From assembly GCA_049599475.1 (NCBI GenBank), contig JBMYOQ010000029.1, positions 1 to 46,986 of the forward strand: 46,986 nt of DNA, read 5' to 3'. This stretch comes from Opitutales bacterium (GTDB taxonomy: Bacteria; Verrucomicrobiota; Verrucomicrobiia; Opitutales; JABSRG01). The notes below the pieces were generated by a model. That model saw only the letters and a list, made by a program, of their open reading frames with translations, did no database searches and had not been told where the DNA came from. This document shows, piece after piece, positions 1-9,046 of this stretch (positions within the stretch are counted from its first letter, which is position 1; every line of letters starts with the position of its first letter). The position numbers were made by a program, and so were the translations under genes.

Positions 1-52
1 ATGGTGCACTTTCACCCGCAAATTACTGGTGCATTTTAACCGCAAACCGACA
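1..52. mobile_element. Terminal inverted repeat of an IS21-like element; the element body lies outside the window to the left
   Basis: Reverse complement reads TGTCGGTTTGCGGTTAAAATGCACCAGTAATTTGCGGGTGAAAGTGCACC: a TG terminus and two ~20 bp direct repeats 25 bp apart (3-22, 28-46). It matches 46936-46986 in inverted orientation. TG..CA ends with reiterated subterminal motifs are typical of IS21. Confidence 0.75.
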
Positions 53-221
53 CCAACCGCTCTCCGACAAGCTGCGGGAGATATCCTGCGCAATTTTCAC
101 TTTTACTCTCTTCCTCCTCGGGAGTCCTGCGCTTCTGGCGGATTACTGCTCTGAAGAGATCCTTGTCGACAGCTCGTTCTTCAGCACAAACATCATCCCC
201 GTTACAAACGGTTATGGTCTA

Positions 222-3200
222 TTGATCGAAGGGGATGCCGTAACCTCGGGCGCAGCCTATGAGCGCGATGCCATTCGCCCAGTCCACGCTGTAACGTTCA
301 GACTAGATGCCAGCCTAACCAGTGGAAGCGATGAATTCTACGCAATATTCAAGCTTTTGGATTCTGGGGGAGATGCTGTAACGATCCTGAATGAAGGGAA
401 GTCTACAGACTCGATTAGGACCGAGAACCTGACTGTTAGTCTTGAAGAATCGCGCCCCAGCATCACTCAGTTTTTTGCCGCAGACCTTGAGCCTGAATCA
501 CGGCTGGACCCTCTCGAGTCCTACTCAGTCGAGGTCACCGTGTATCGCAATCTTTCCTTCGGCGGCTGCCCCGGAGGCGTCCCCACTGGTAGAATTATCG
601 GCTTCCAAGTGGACTCGGCTACGAGCACCCCTACGCCAATCCTTCACTTTACCAACACTGACCCCGGAGACAGCGAACAGAATGTAATCGCAGTCTTGGA
701 CAATGGGCAATTCGACCAGACCTATGCGATCGATACGGCTGCTACCTCGGAACAGACAGAGTTCACCATCGATCTCAACTACAGTCTCTGGCGCTACGAT
801 GATTTCACCAGCCTCATCCCCAGCACTCACAAAGTCGAGGCAGTCTTTGATGTAGAACTCTTTGATAACAATGGGAACCCAGTTGCGATTTCACCATCGA
901 CATTCGTTATCCAGCAAAGCCTCAAAGAATTCGAGAATACCAACCCCAAAACTCCCAGCGCACTTTTCGACACCAATTCCACTATCGCATTCGCTCCAGC
1001 CGAACAACTCGACTCGGTAAACAATACTTTTTACGCGCGGGTGACACTATCCAGTCGTGAGATTCCTGGGAGTGCCGCGTCAGACCTCGCGTGGAATTCC
1101 GAGCAAACGTCTTCAGCCTCACTGATACACCTTGATGGCACCCTATACTTTGGCTCCGAAAGCGATGGGTATAACGGCGATGATATTCGCACCACCCTCA
1201 CCGCAACTTCCCTTGCCCCTCTCTCAACCGGAATATCAGGAGGCACCCGTCAACTCATTCTGTATGGTACGGACGGGTTCGTAAATAACTCGCCGGACCA
1301 CACCTATAGCCTCAACGACGGCAAAGCTATTCGCGTAAATCTCTATCCCAACGGTGATGCTTGGTTTACCGAACCGGAGCCCGGCGATTTCGGCGTCGTC
1401 GACAAAATATTTATCTCGGTCGACGAAGAGCGCGACCTATTCACTTTCCGCGGAACTCGTTTCGAGCGCCAGGATCCTTCATCCGGAAACAACGACGTCG
1501 AGCTTGGAACATCTGGCGCAGTTTCCAACCTGACTTTACTGCTCCCGACTGGACTCGGATTCGCTTCAGATCCGAGCGATCATACCTGGAGCACACGCCT
1601 GAGATTCTCAAATGAAACACTGAGTGATAGCCTCGAGCCAAAGTTTACGGAATACAGCGTCGAACCGGGCATAGATTTTTGGATACATGAGGAAAGCCAA
1701 CCTCTCGTGCACCGCATTTCTCGACTGCGTTGGGACGCAAGTTCAGGGCAAGCAAACTGGTCTGTCATCTTGAGCGGCGAAACCCTATGGGTCCGCGAAG
1801 ACGAAACCAATTTTCTTGCGGGGTTAAATGCGTCTCCTTGGTTTCTATCTCCTCAGAGCCTGCGACGCCCCAGCAACGAGGGCTACTTTTCTGCACTAGA
1901 CAGCTCTATCCCATCGACCCAGTTCTACATTGAAGTGGATAGCTATGGGACCGCCATGGTGAGCACAGATGCTTACTTTACTGCGGGCTCTTTCCCGACT
2001 CATTTCCCCTATGCCAGCGAGATTAGTTGGACAGGTCCCGGACAGCTATATACCTACCGCGACGACATCGATTCGGCGAGCAGCGCACTCACTAATAGTG
2101 CCCCCTTGGTAATCCGCTCACTCACAGGATGCAGTAGCATTCCAGGCAGTCCTTGCACCATTGTGGCTCCAGAATCTTTTTATTCCCTATTACCCGATTT
2201 TGGTAATCTTTTCTTCACTCGCGATGGAGGTCTTTGGTCTACCGGAAATACATCGACTCAGAGCGTAAATCACCCGCGCTGGGGCACGGTTACTCCGACA
2301 AATAATCTCGAATGGGGGTACATCGATGCAAGCCCTACATGGGCCCACCGCGTTGAAGGCGTGGACAGAGGCAACTTCCATATGCCAGGCGTCCGGATTG
2401 ATGGTGAGGAATATGGCAGCTTCGCCAGTGATCGCGCCGCGGCGGTCATGCTCTTGAGTGGGATGAGCGATCCAGTCTATGATGGACGCGTTGAGCGTCC
2501 CTTTCTGACACCGGACCCTTATCACCCATACGCAGAAGGCTTTTCGGATTATGCGGGTATCAACTTCACCATGGCAGATCAGAATAGCTACAATACTGCC
2601 AACGCATACTCGGTCCTGGGAGGGGAACAAACGGGAGCCTATACACTCGACGGTGTAGCGAAATATTACCTACGTACTAGTGGTCTTACCGGAAGGCACC
2701 AAAGCATCTTAGGCGATTCTAGCGACCAATGGAATCTGCGTATCTACGGTTACGATGTCACGCTCACGTCTTTTGCTCTGGCCTTTCTTAGTGATTATGC
2801 TGACAGCCGAGGGTCGCGAACTTCCGGCAATGTCTATGTCGACTATCCTGCAGATTTCGGTCTCGATTTTTCTAAATTGGAATTCACTTGCCTTGGTGAT
2901 CTGGGGGGTGCCGAACTTCCGCCAGCCGTCGGGACGCGCACTCTAAACTACTGGAGAGCGGACATCGAACCTCTCTCCCTGGCATTCGTCCGGGATCCCC
3001 TGGTTGAATGCTCTCCCGGGAATGGCACCATTACGCTAGGCGTGCGCACGGGCGTTGCCCACGTGCCCGATCCTCTCTTCCTGACAATGGGATTCAAAGA
3101 TGACGGAAATATCGTCAGTCGCGCCATGTCTGAGGCCGACCCAGCCATACCGGATTTCGTCAATGGCGAACTTTACTTGCCGAGCACGGTAAGCTTACGC

Positions 3201-5813
3201 GGACCATCCAAAGGTAATGGAAATTTCGAACAATATAATATCACGACGACGGGCGTAGGCTATTTCAACCACTACGGAATCAACTCGTCGACGCCCACAA
3301 ACCCATGGGACGTACTCCCCAGCGAGCGCCCTGACACAGGATTTGCGGCTTTTGCGGGGACCATCGACGTACCCTTCTTCAATGATTTACGCGTCCACGT
3401 GCACACCAGCGCTGAGGCAGGCAGCGAAATTGCCCCCATATTCATGATGGGGGGTTGGAATGAGAGCGGAAATTTCTGGGACAACCAATCTTTCGATACA
3501 GAACACCGCGGCTTCCCTGGGACTACAGATGCAGGCGACTACCGCTCAGGGGGTTCAGGCGACGAATATCGAGTACGTGCACAACGGAACTGGCTCGGCG
3601 TGGATCTGAGCTATCCTCTGGCTTGGAAAAGTGGTGGGCGTTCCTTCAATTCCACGGGCAAACAGGAAGCCGATTTTCTGGTCATCAGCGCCTATCACCA
3701 GATGCTCTACCTAAGCGCGGAAAATGCAGAACTGGCCGCGGGAGCCACTTACGAAGGGCTACCAAGGATAAATCTGGCCAACCTAGCCATTAACGCAATC
3801 GATGCCTCAACAGGTGTAAAGTCAGCACTGGAAGACACCATTTCGGAAGCTGTAAGTGACCTATTCAACACCGGAACATCCGCCATGCAGCGCCTTACAG
3901 CTGATTTGGCCGGAGAGCTCTTTGAAGATGCCATAGAAGCTGCGGTACAAGAACAAGTGACCATCATCCTCGATCAACTCGATAGCGCATATGACGCCGC
4001 CAACGATCAGTGGACTATAGACTACTCCTCGATTGCAGATATTTTTGCCGGCCAGACCCTTGCCGAGAAACTGCATCTAAGCCTGAAAGGCGACGAGTCT
4101 GGTATTCAGCTGGCATCAGCTTCCTCCGGCTCTCAATTGCCGAGCGTGATCAACAAAATAAAGGATGAACTGATCGCTTACGAGACTGCTCTGCTCGCAC
4201 TAAGCTATGGAGTAGACTACGACGGTGATGGAGACGTGATCCTCGATCCCAACTTCGATACAGCCCCAGGCTTTCCCGGGATACTCTATCAAAATCCATT
4301 AGGTGATTATGCTATCGGGTCTAGCCTAGTATTTAACCTCATTGAAACTTTAAGTCCCGATGTCGCGAACGCACTTAAAAGCGGCCTAGGCAGCTCCTTG
4401 ACTGCCCCGCTCGCCACACTTCTTGATGCAGAGGTCAATCAATACCTCGAATCCGCAAAACCTACACTCGGAGCTGTCCGGCAGTCTATTGAGGAAATTC
4501 GCGGAGTGATCCAAGAGGTCCGTGCACGGCTCGATGAAGACGGAGAATTCTTCGATGAACTTTGCCAGATATACGGCGGTGCTACCATCGACCTACCCGC
4601 ACCAGAATTCCAAGAAATCGCAAACGCAGTGGAGGCCGATATCGTTTCATTCATCGATGACCTTCAGGCTAACAATGATCGCTATTCGGACTACACACGC
4701 CAAGAGATCGAAGACTACATACTGAGCCGTATCCAGGTTCGCTTTTTAGAGACCCGTATCGTAACAGACATTCAAGAAGCTATCCGACATCGCGTATTCG
4801 ATTTCGAGGAAGCTGCCAACGAGGCGATTGATTCTGCGTTCGCACAGTTCAATCAAGTGATACGTAAGCTGATCGGCACGACACTCGCCGAGATTGATGC
4901 GACGATCGTTCCGTTCCTAGATGACATCGCCCCAGTTGTCGGAGGGGCCTCTCTAGAAGGGTATGCGCACATCAATGGAGACGCGCTCAAGCTCCTTCGT
5001 ATCGATCTCAAAATGCAGCTCAACGTTCCGGATCCGATGAATTTCCACGGATACCTTCAGATCAAGCAGTTGGATTCGGATGGTGACGATAGCTGTGGTG
5101 TGAGTGCCCCGGGGGTCACATTCAATGAGGTGCTTCTCGGTGCAAATGATGTACCGGTCGATTGGATATCTCCATCGCTCCGTGCAAACATCTGGGGCAA
5201 ATTTATCTTCATCGATAGTGGTAGTAGCTTCGGCCTCGGCGGTATGGGCGGCGGCTTCGACCTGTCCAATGGCCCGGTTTCATTTGAGTCCTTCTCGGCC
5301 GGCTCCTTCGGCGCATCCTTGATGTTCGGCAAAACGGAGAACTACCTCGCTGCCGAAGCTAATCTCCGTTTTGATGGTTTCAAAGCGGCAGGAGGTCTCT
5401 TCTTTGGACAAGCTTGCTCCGTAGCACCGCTTGAAATGGTAGACCCAGACGTATTGGAAGTGTTGGGACCACCCCCTTTCACCGGAGTATACGTATATGC
5501 CGAGTGCCACATGCCGATCTTCTCGGCTGGCTGCCTTTTTGAGATTTCCGCTGGCGTGGGTGCCGGTGCCTTCTACTTCGCAGAGGGCCCAACTTACGGC
5601 GGCAAGATCCTTCTAGCCGCGTCAGGCGAAGCCCTATGTGTCGTATCCATCAAAGGAGAAATCACACTTATTGGCCTTAAGCACGGCAACGATTTCCGCT
5701 TCAAGGGTAAGGGACGTTTCTCAGGAAAAGTCGGCTGGTGCCCATTTTGTATCAAATTCGGAAAGACAGTTTCGGCCACCTACGCCGGTGGGGACTGGGA
5801 TGTCGACTTCTAA
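222..5813 (+). CDS. Giant hypothetical secreted protein (>=1863 aa): beta-rich N-terminal region, helical acidic middle, Gly/Cys-rich beta C-terminus; true 5' end lies upstream of 222
   Basis: Long ORF. The frame stays open upstream through 54-221 and encodes a signal-peptide-like KLREISCAIFTFTLFLLGSPALLA|DY. Contains a DYDGDGD Ca-binding-like loop. No recognisable catalytic motif. Confidence 0.85.
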   Translation: MIEGDAVTSGAAYERDAIRPVHAVTFRLDASLTSGSDEFYAIFKLLDSGGDAVTILNEGKSTDSIRTENLTVSLEESRPSITQFFAADLEPESRLDPLESYSVEVTVYRNLSFGGCPGGVPTGRIIGFQVDSATSTPTPILHFTNTDPGDSEQNVIAVLDNGQFDQTYAIDTAATSEQTEFTIDLNYSLWRYDDFTSLIPSTHKVEAVFDVELFDNNGNPVAISPSTFVIQQSLKEFENTNPKTPSALFDTNSTIAFAPAEQLDSVNNTFYARVTLSSREIPGSAASDLAWNSEQTSSASLIHLDGTLYFGSESDGYNGDDIRTTLTATSLAPLSTGISGGTRQLILYGTDGFVNNSPDHTYSLNDGKAIRVNLYPNGDAWFTEPEPGDFGVVDKIFISVDEERDLFTFRGTRFERQDPSSGNNDVELGTSGAVSNLTLLLPTGLGFASDPSDHTWSTRLRFSNETLSDSLEPKFTEYSVEPGIDFWIHEESQPLVHRISRLRWDASSGQANWSVILSGETLWVREDETNFLAGLNASPWFLSPQSLRRPSNEGYFSALDSSIPSTQFYIEVDSYGTAMVSTDAYFTAGSFPTHFPYASEISWTGPGQLYTYRDDIDSASSALTNSAPLVIRSLTGCSSIPGSPCTIVAPESFYSLLPDFGNLFFTRDGGLWSTGNTSTQSVNHPRWGTVTPTNNLEWGYIDASPTWAHRVEGVDRGNFHMPGVRIDGEEYGSFASDRAAAVMLLSGMSDPVYDGRVERPFLTPDPYHPYAEGFSDYAGINFTMADQNSYNTANAYSVLGGEQTGAYTLDGVAKYYLRTSGLTGRHQSILGDSSDQWNLRIYGYDVTLTSFALAFLSDYADSRGSRTSGNVYVDYPADFGLDFSKLEFTCLGDLGGAELPPAVGTRTLNYWRADIEPLSLAFVRDPLVECSPGNGTITLGVRTGVAHVPDPLFLTMGFKDDGNIVSRAMSEADPAIPDFVNGELYLPSTVSLRGPSKGNGNFEQYNITTTGVGYFNHYGINSSTPTNPWDVLPSERPDTGFAAFAGTIDVPFFNDLRVHVHTSAEAGSEIAPIFMMGGWNESGNFWDNQSFDTEHRGFPGTTDAGDYRSGGSGDEYRVRAQRNWLGVDLSYPLAWKSGGRSFNSTGKQEADFLVISAYHQMLYLSAENAELAAGATYEGLPRINLANLAINAIDASTGVKSALEDTISEAVSDLFNTGTSAMQRLTADLAGELFEDAIEAAVQEQVTIILDQLDSAYDAANDQWTIDYSSIADIFAGQTLAEKLHLSLKGDESGIQLASASSGSQLPSVINKIKDELIAYETALLALSYGVDYDGDGDVILDPNFDTAPGFPGILYQNPLGDYAIGSSLVFNLIETLSPDVANALKSGLGSSLTAPLATLLDAEVNQYLESAKPTLGAVRQSIEEIRGVIQEVRARLDEDGEFFDELCQIYGGATIDLPAPEFQEIANAVEADIVSFIDDLQANNDRYSDYTRQEIEDYILSRIQVRFLETRIVTDIQEAIRHRVFDFEEAANEAIDSAFAQFNQVIRKLIGTTLAEIDATIVPFLDDIAPVVGGASLEGYAHINGDALKLLRIDLKMQLNVPDPMNFHGYLQIKQLDSDGDDSCGVSAPGVTFNEVLLGANDVPVDWISPSLRANIWGKFIFIDSGSSFGLGGMGGGFDLSNGPVSFESFSAGSFGASLMFGKTENYLAAEANLRFDGFKAAGGLFFGQACSVAPLEMVDPDVLEVLGPPPFTGVYVYAECHMPIFSAGCLFEISAGVGAGAFYFAEGPTYGGKILLAASGEALCVVSIKGEITLIGLKHGNDFRFKGKGRFSGKVGWCPFCIKFGKTVSATYAGGDWDVDF

Positions 5814-5846
5814 ACCATACGAGGAAACTCAATACACTTTATCGCG

Positions 5847-8800
5847 ATGCACCCGCTCAAAACTTTTACGACCAGCCTACTCTTCCTCTGCGCTACCCTA
5901 GGCTTCGCGCAGATCAACGACGCGTTATTCACGGTAGGGACCACGACCCGAGGCCAAGATTCTCGAGACTGGGCCTACATTCTATGGCAAAGCGAGGACC
6001 TCGATCTTCTTTCAGGAGGGAATGTCGCAATTTACCGAAAAGACGGAGACGCTACGTCGATAAACCCTTATAGTTTCGAGGGGTTAACATCTCTCCAAAC
6101 CAATACCACTGCGATTCGTGCGCTCCTCCAAAAGGGTGCTCAAATCGGCGACGACCTTCTAGTATTGGATGAACGCATTACAGACATGTTCGATATTCCG
6201 TTCTCCGGAGATCTTGAACTTGAAGATAAAGTCTCGGCCATCATGCAAGCAGCACAAGTCGACGAACGATACTTTGAGAATGTGGTGTTGCTTTCTCGGC
6301 TACATCCAGCCCTGAGCCTCTGTATGGGCCAATCTTGGGCTAGCCCAATTCCAGGCGGAATCAGCACTTTCGAAGTTCGCTACTGCGACGATGGCGACGT
6401 GCTCGACCCAGACAATGACTGCGTTCGCGTAATTGGCCGGATAACCGTAGATAGCCTCAACCCCCAATCCTTGCCATCTCCGGGCCCCGTCGTGGAAGTC
6501 CCCATTGGAGATGGGAGTGCAGTACAACGCGACCTCAACCTGCGCATGCGCTGGGGCACACCCGATCCTTTGCGTGAACTATCTCTCCTTTACTTCGGCT
6601 TTGATGTATACCGTGTCACGAAGACATTTGGCGATAGCCAGGGATGGAATGTTACTGCCCCGCTCCCCTCCGAGATTATCGCAGCCGCGGAGACTCCAGG
6701 GACGAGTGATAGCGTGGCGCGCGTCAATGATCTCCCAATCCTGGTTGATACAGATTTAACCAACACTGAGGCCGCAGACTTAAGTGACTATCAAACCTTT
6801 TTCCATATCGACGACAACGGACGTTTCCTCCCAGGTGGCGAACCCTTCGCGAACGGGTCACAATTCTACTATTTCGTCGCAGCTCGCGATGTCCTGGGAA
6901 GGATCGGCGAGCTTTCTGACCCGAGCCTAGTCACGATATGCGATCAGCTCCCTCCACCATCTCCGGCAGATGTGTCTGTAGAAAACACATACGTTTTCGA
7001 AGAAGGTAATCGCAAACAACATCTCAAAGTGCTTTGGCAAGCACCCGAACTCGATGCCGATGAAGCGAGCGAAATAGCGACCTATGAAGTTTATCGCTGG
7101 GAGAGCTCAGATGATTTTGTGCAAAATAGAACCAGCGCCCACCTATATCGCATCGCGACCCTTTCAGCATCCAGTTCAGTCGATGGGTTCTTTGAATACA
7201 CGGATAAAGGTCCCGGAGCTCCTGAAGCCCCAACCGACTACGGCAAAACATTTATCTACACCGTTCGCGCGACGGACTCTTCGGCTTGCGGTGGGAATTA
7301 TTCACCTCATTCCAATACAGCACTCGGCATTCTGCGTGATCGCGAGGGGCCCGGTCCCTTCGATCCGGAGGGAGTTCTCACCATTGAATGTGGGGAACCA
7401 GAAATCGTTGATCATACAACTCAACTACAAGCAAAAGCTGAGAACGACGATATTCTGTATTACTATTTCGAATTCAGCGCCCTTGCCCTCAATGACACGA
7501 ATTTGTTCGCAATCGAATACTGGCTAGGGACCGTTGGTTCACCAAACGAGTTGATCACCACACAAATCTTTCCTGGAGATTTAAACAGCACAGATCCCTT
7601 CGCTTGGAGTATCTTGAAGAATAATTGGACTTCCGATACACGCTTCTTCGCCCGGGCGTTCACATACGGGAACAATGCTTCGAGCTATTATGAAATTGCC
7701 GTCGTTCCTCCTGCAGATGGTACGCCGACCACCAGTATAGAATTCCTGGCGGACTACACACTCAACCTCACTTCACCTGCACCAGGATGCAACACCCACG
7801 AAATTCGCAATGATGATGGCTCCATCAATCCCATAGATTTCTTCTTTGTTTGGCCATCTGGCGCTGAGTCTTACAGGCTCTATCGATCAGTTGACGACGG
7901 ACCACAAACATTCGTCGCCGAAGGTAGCCGCGATCTCTATGCGGATTCACCCGTAGAAGAGGCTCAAGCACTCGACCCCAACCCTCCTTTCAATGCGTCA
8001 TCGATTTGTTACTACATTCAATTCTTTGATGTTCACGGCAATCCGAGCCAAATGTATGACCTGGGTTGTATTGAAACCACTGCGCGCACGAAGCCACCTA
8101 CACCTCTTTTAACCCAAGGTGAGTCCCTGGGAGATCACGACAATCCTATCGCTCGTATTCGTTGGCTATGCTCACCGTATGGCGTCGAGCGCTTCGTTCT
8201 ATGGATTTCTCCAATCAATCAACCACCTCTAGAGACTTTGAACGATGATGACCTGGAGACCTTCCTCCCGACCCTTCCGATCGTAAGCGGAGATCCTGCT
8301 CAATTTGCATCATTCCGCACTGGCCGCGTCGGTGCTAGCTTCATCGCACAAAGCCCAGGTGATTTCGCAGTGGAATTTCCTGTAGAGGTCGGTGTCCAGT
8401 ATAGAATAATCGCTACGTCCCTAGACTCCGCAGGTACTCTCAGCGATCTTTCCAATGAGATTCAATATTCTTGGACCGGTGAAGATTTCGATGGCCCGGT
8501 CGTTCCCTGGCCTTGGCGTCCCGTCCCCAGCAGCGTAGGAACCGCCTCCATCGACAGCAAAATCGTTGCAGAGTATTTCAACGATGTGGGTATCGGTATT
8601 CGCTTTGGCGATACGGCTATTCCAAACGGCGAAACGCTATCTTCACCTGGGTTCAATGTGGAAGTAGCCGTCCCACTGGATACATTCATCTATTCAGACA
8701 GTGTCGGTAAAAGTCTTTTTCCTGCAGCGATTTATCGGGTGCAAGTGAGCAATGATCTTTTCCCAAATGTATCCGGGGATGTCGTCCAAGTATCACCGCT

Positions 8801-9044
8801 CTTCGAACTCGAGAACCTGGCAACAGGTATCAATTCGAAACAGGGAAGCCCTGATACTTACCAGATTCTCGAGCCCTACATCTTCGTCGCCTATGACAAC
8901 GACGGAAGTACCGGACATGGTTTGTATCTCGCGGACACCAATCCAGTCCTCGGCGGGGCAGACTACACTTACTTCATTCTTCGATTCTCTGAAACAGGAG
9001 AGATCGATCGTATCTTCACAACCAATACCGTTAGCGTTCCATAA
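5847..9044 (+). CDS. Secreted protein with multiple fibronectin type III-like domains
   Basis: Signal peptide MHPLKTFTTSLLFLCATLGFA|Q; repeated FN3-like patterns (LRMRW..GFDVYR..YYFVAARD..G..S; LKVLW..YEVYR..YTVRATD; YRLYRSVD). Confidence 0.8.
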   Translation: MHPLKTFTTSLLFLCATLGFAQINDALFTVGTTTRGQDSRDWAYILWQSEDLDLLSGGNVAIYRKDGDATSINPYSFEGLTSLQTNTTAIRALLQKGAQIGDDLLVLDERITDMFDIPFSGDLELEDKVSAIMQAAQVDERYFENVVLLSRLHPALSLCMGQSWASPIPGGISTFEVRYCDDGDVLDPDNDCVRVIGRITVDSLNPQSLPSPGPVVEVPIGDGSAVQRDLNLRMRWGTPDPLRELSLLYFGFDVYRVTKTFGDSQGWNVTAPLPSEIIAAAETPGTSDSVARVNDLPILVDTDLTNTEAADLSDYQTFFHIDDNGRFLPGGEPFANGSQFYYFVAARDVLGRIGELSDPSLVTICDQLPPPSPADVSVENTYVFEEGNRKQHLKVLWQAPELDADEASEIATYEVYRWESSDDFVQNRTSAHLYRIATLSASSSVDGFFEYTDKGPGAPEAPTDYGKTFIYTVRATDSSACGGNYSPHSNTALGILRDREGPGPFDPEGVLTIECGEPEIVDHTTQLQAKAENDDILYYYFEFSALALNDTNLFAIEYWLGTVGSPNELITTQIFPGDLNSTDPFAWSILKNNWTSDTRFFARAFTYGNNASSYYEIAVVPPADGTPTTSIEFLADYTLNLTSPAPGCNTHEIRNDDGSINPIDFFFVWPSGAESYRLYRSVDDGPQTFVAEGSRDLYADSPVEEAQALDPNPPFNASSICYYIQFFDVHGNPSQMYDLGCIETTARTKPPTPLLTQGESLGDHDNPIARIRWLCSPYGVERFVLWISPINQPPLETLNDDDLETFLPTLPIVSGDPAQFASFRTGRVGASFIAQSPGDFAVEFPVEVGVQYRIIATSLDSAGTLSDLSNEIQYSWTGEDFDGPVVPWPWRPVPSSVGTASIDSKIVAEYFNDVGIGIRFGDTAIPNGETLSSPGFNVEVAVPLDTFIYSDSVGKSLFPAAIYRVQVSNDLFPNVSGDVVQVSPLFELENLATGINSKQGSPDTYQILEPYIFVAYDNDGSTGHGLYLADTNPVLGGADYTYFILRFSETGEIDRIFTTNTVSVP

Positions 9045-9046
9045 AA

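Noticed and set aside
1..39. ATG at position 1 as the start of the giant gene
   Set aside because: It is in a different frame, ends at TAA 37-39 and lies inside the IS end.
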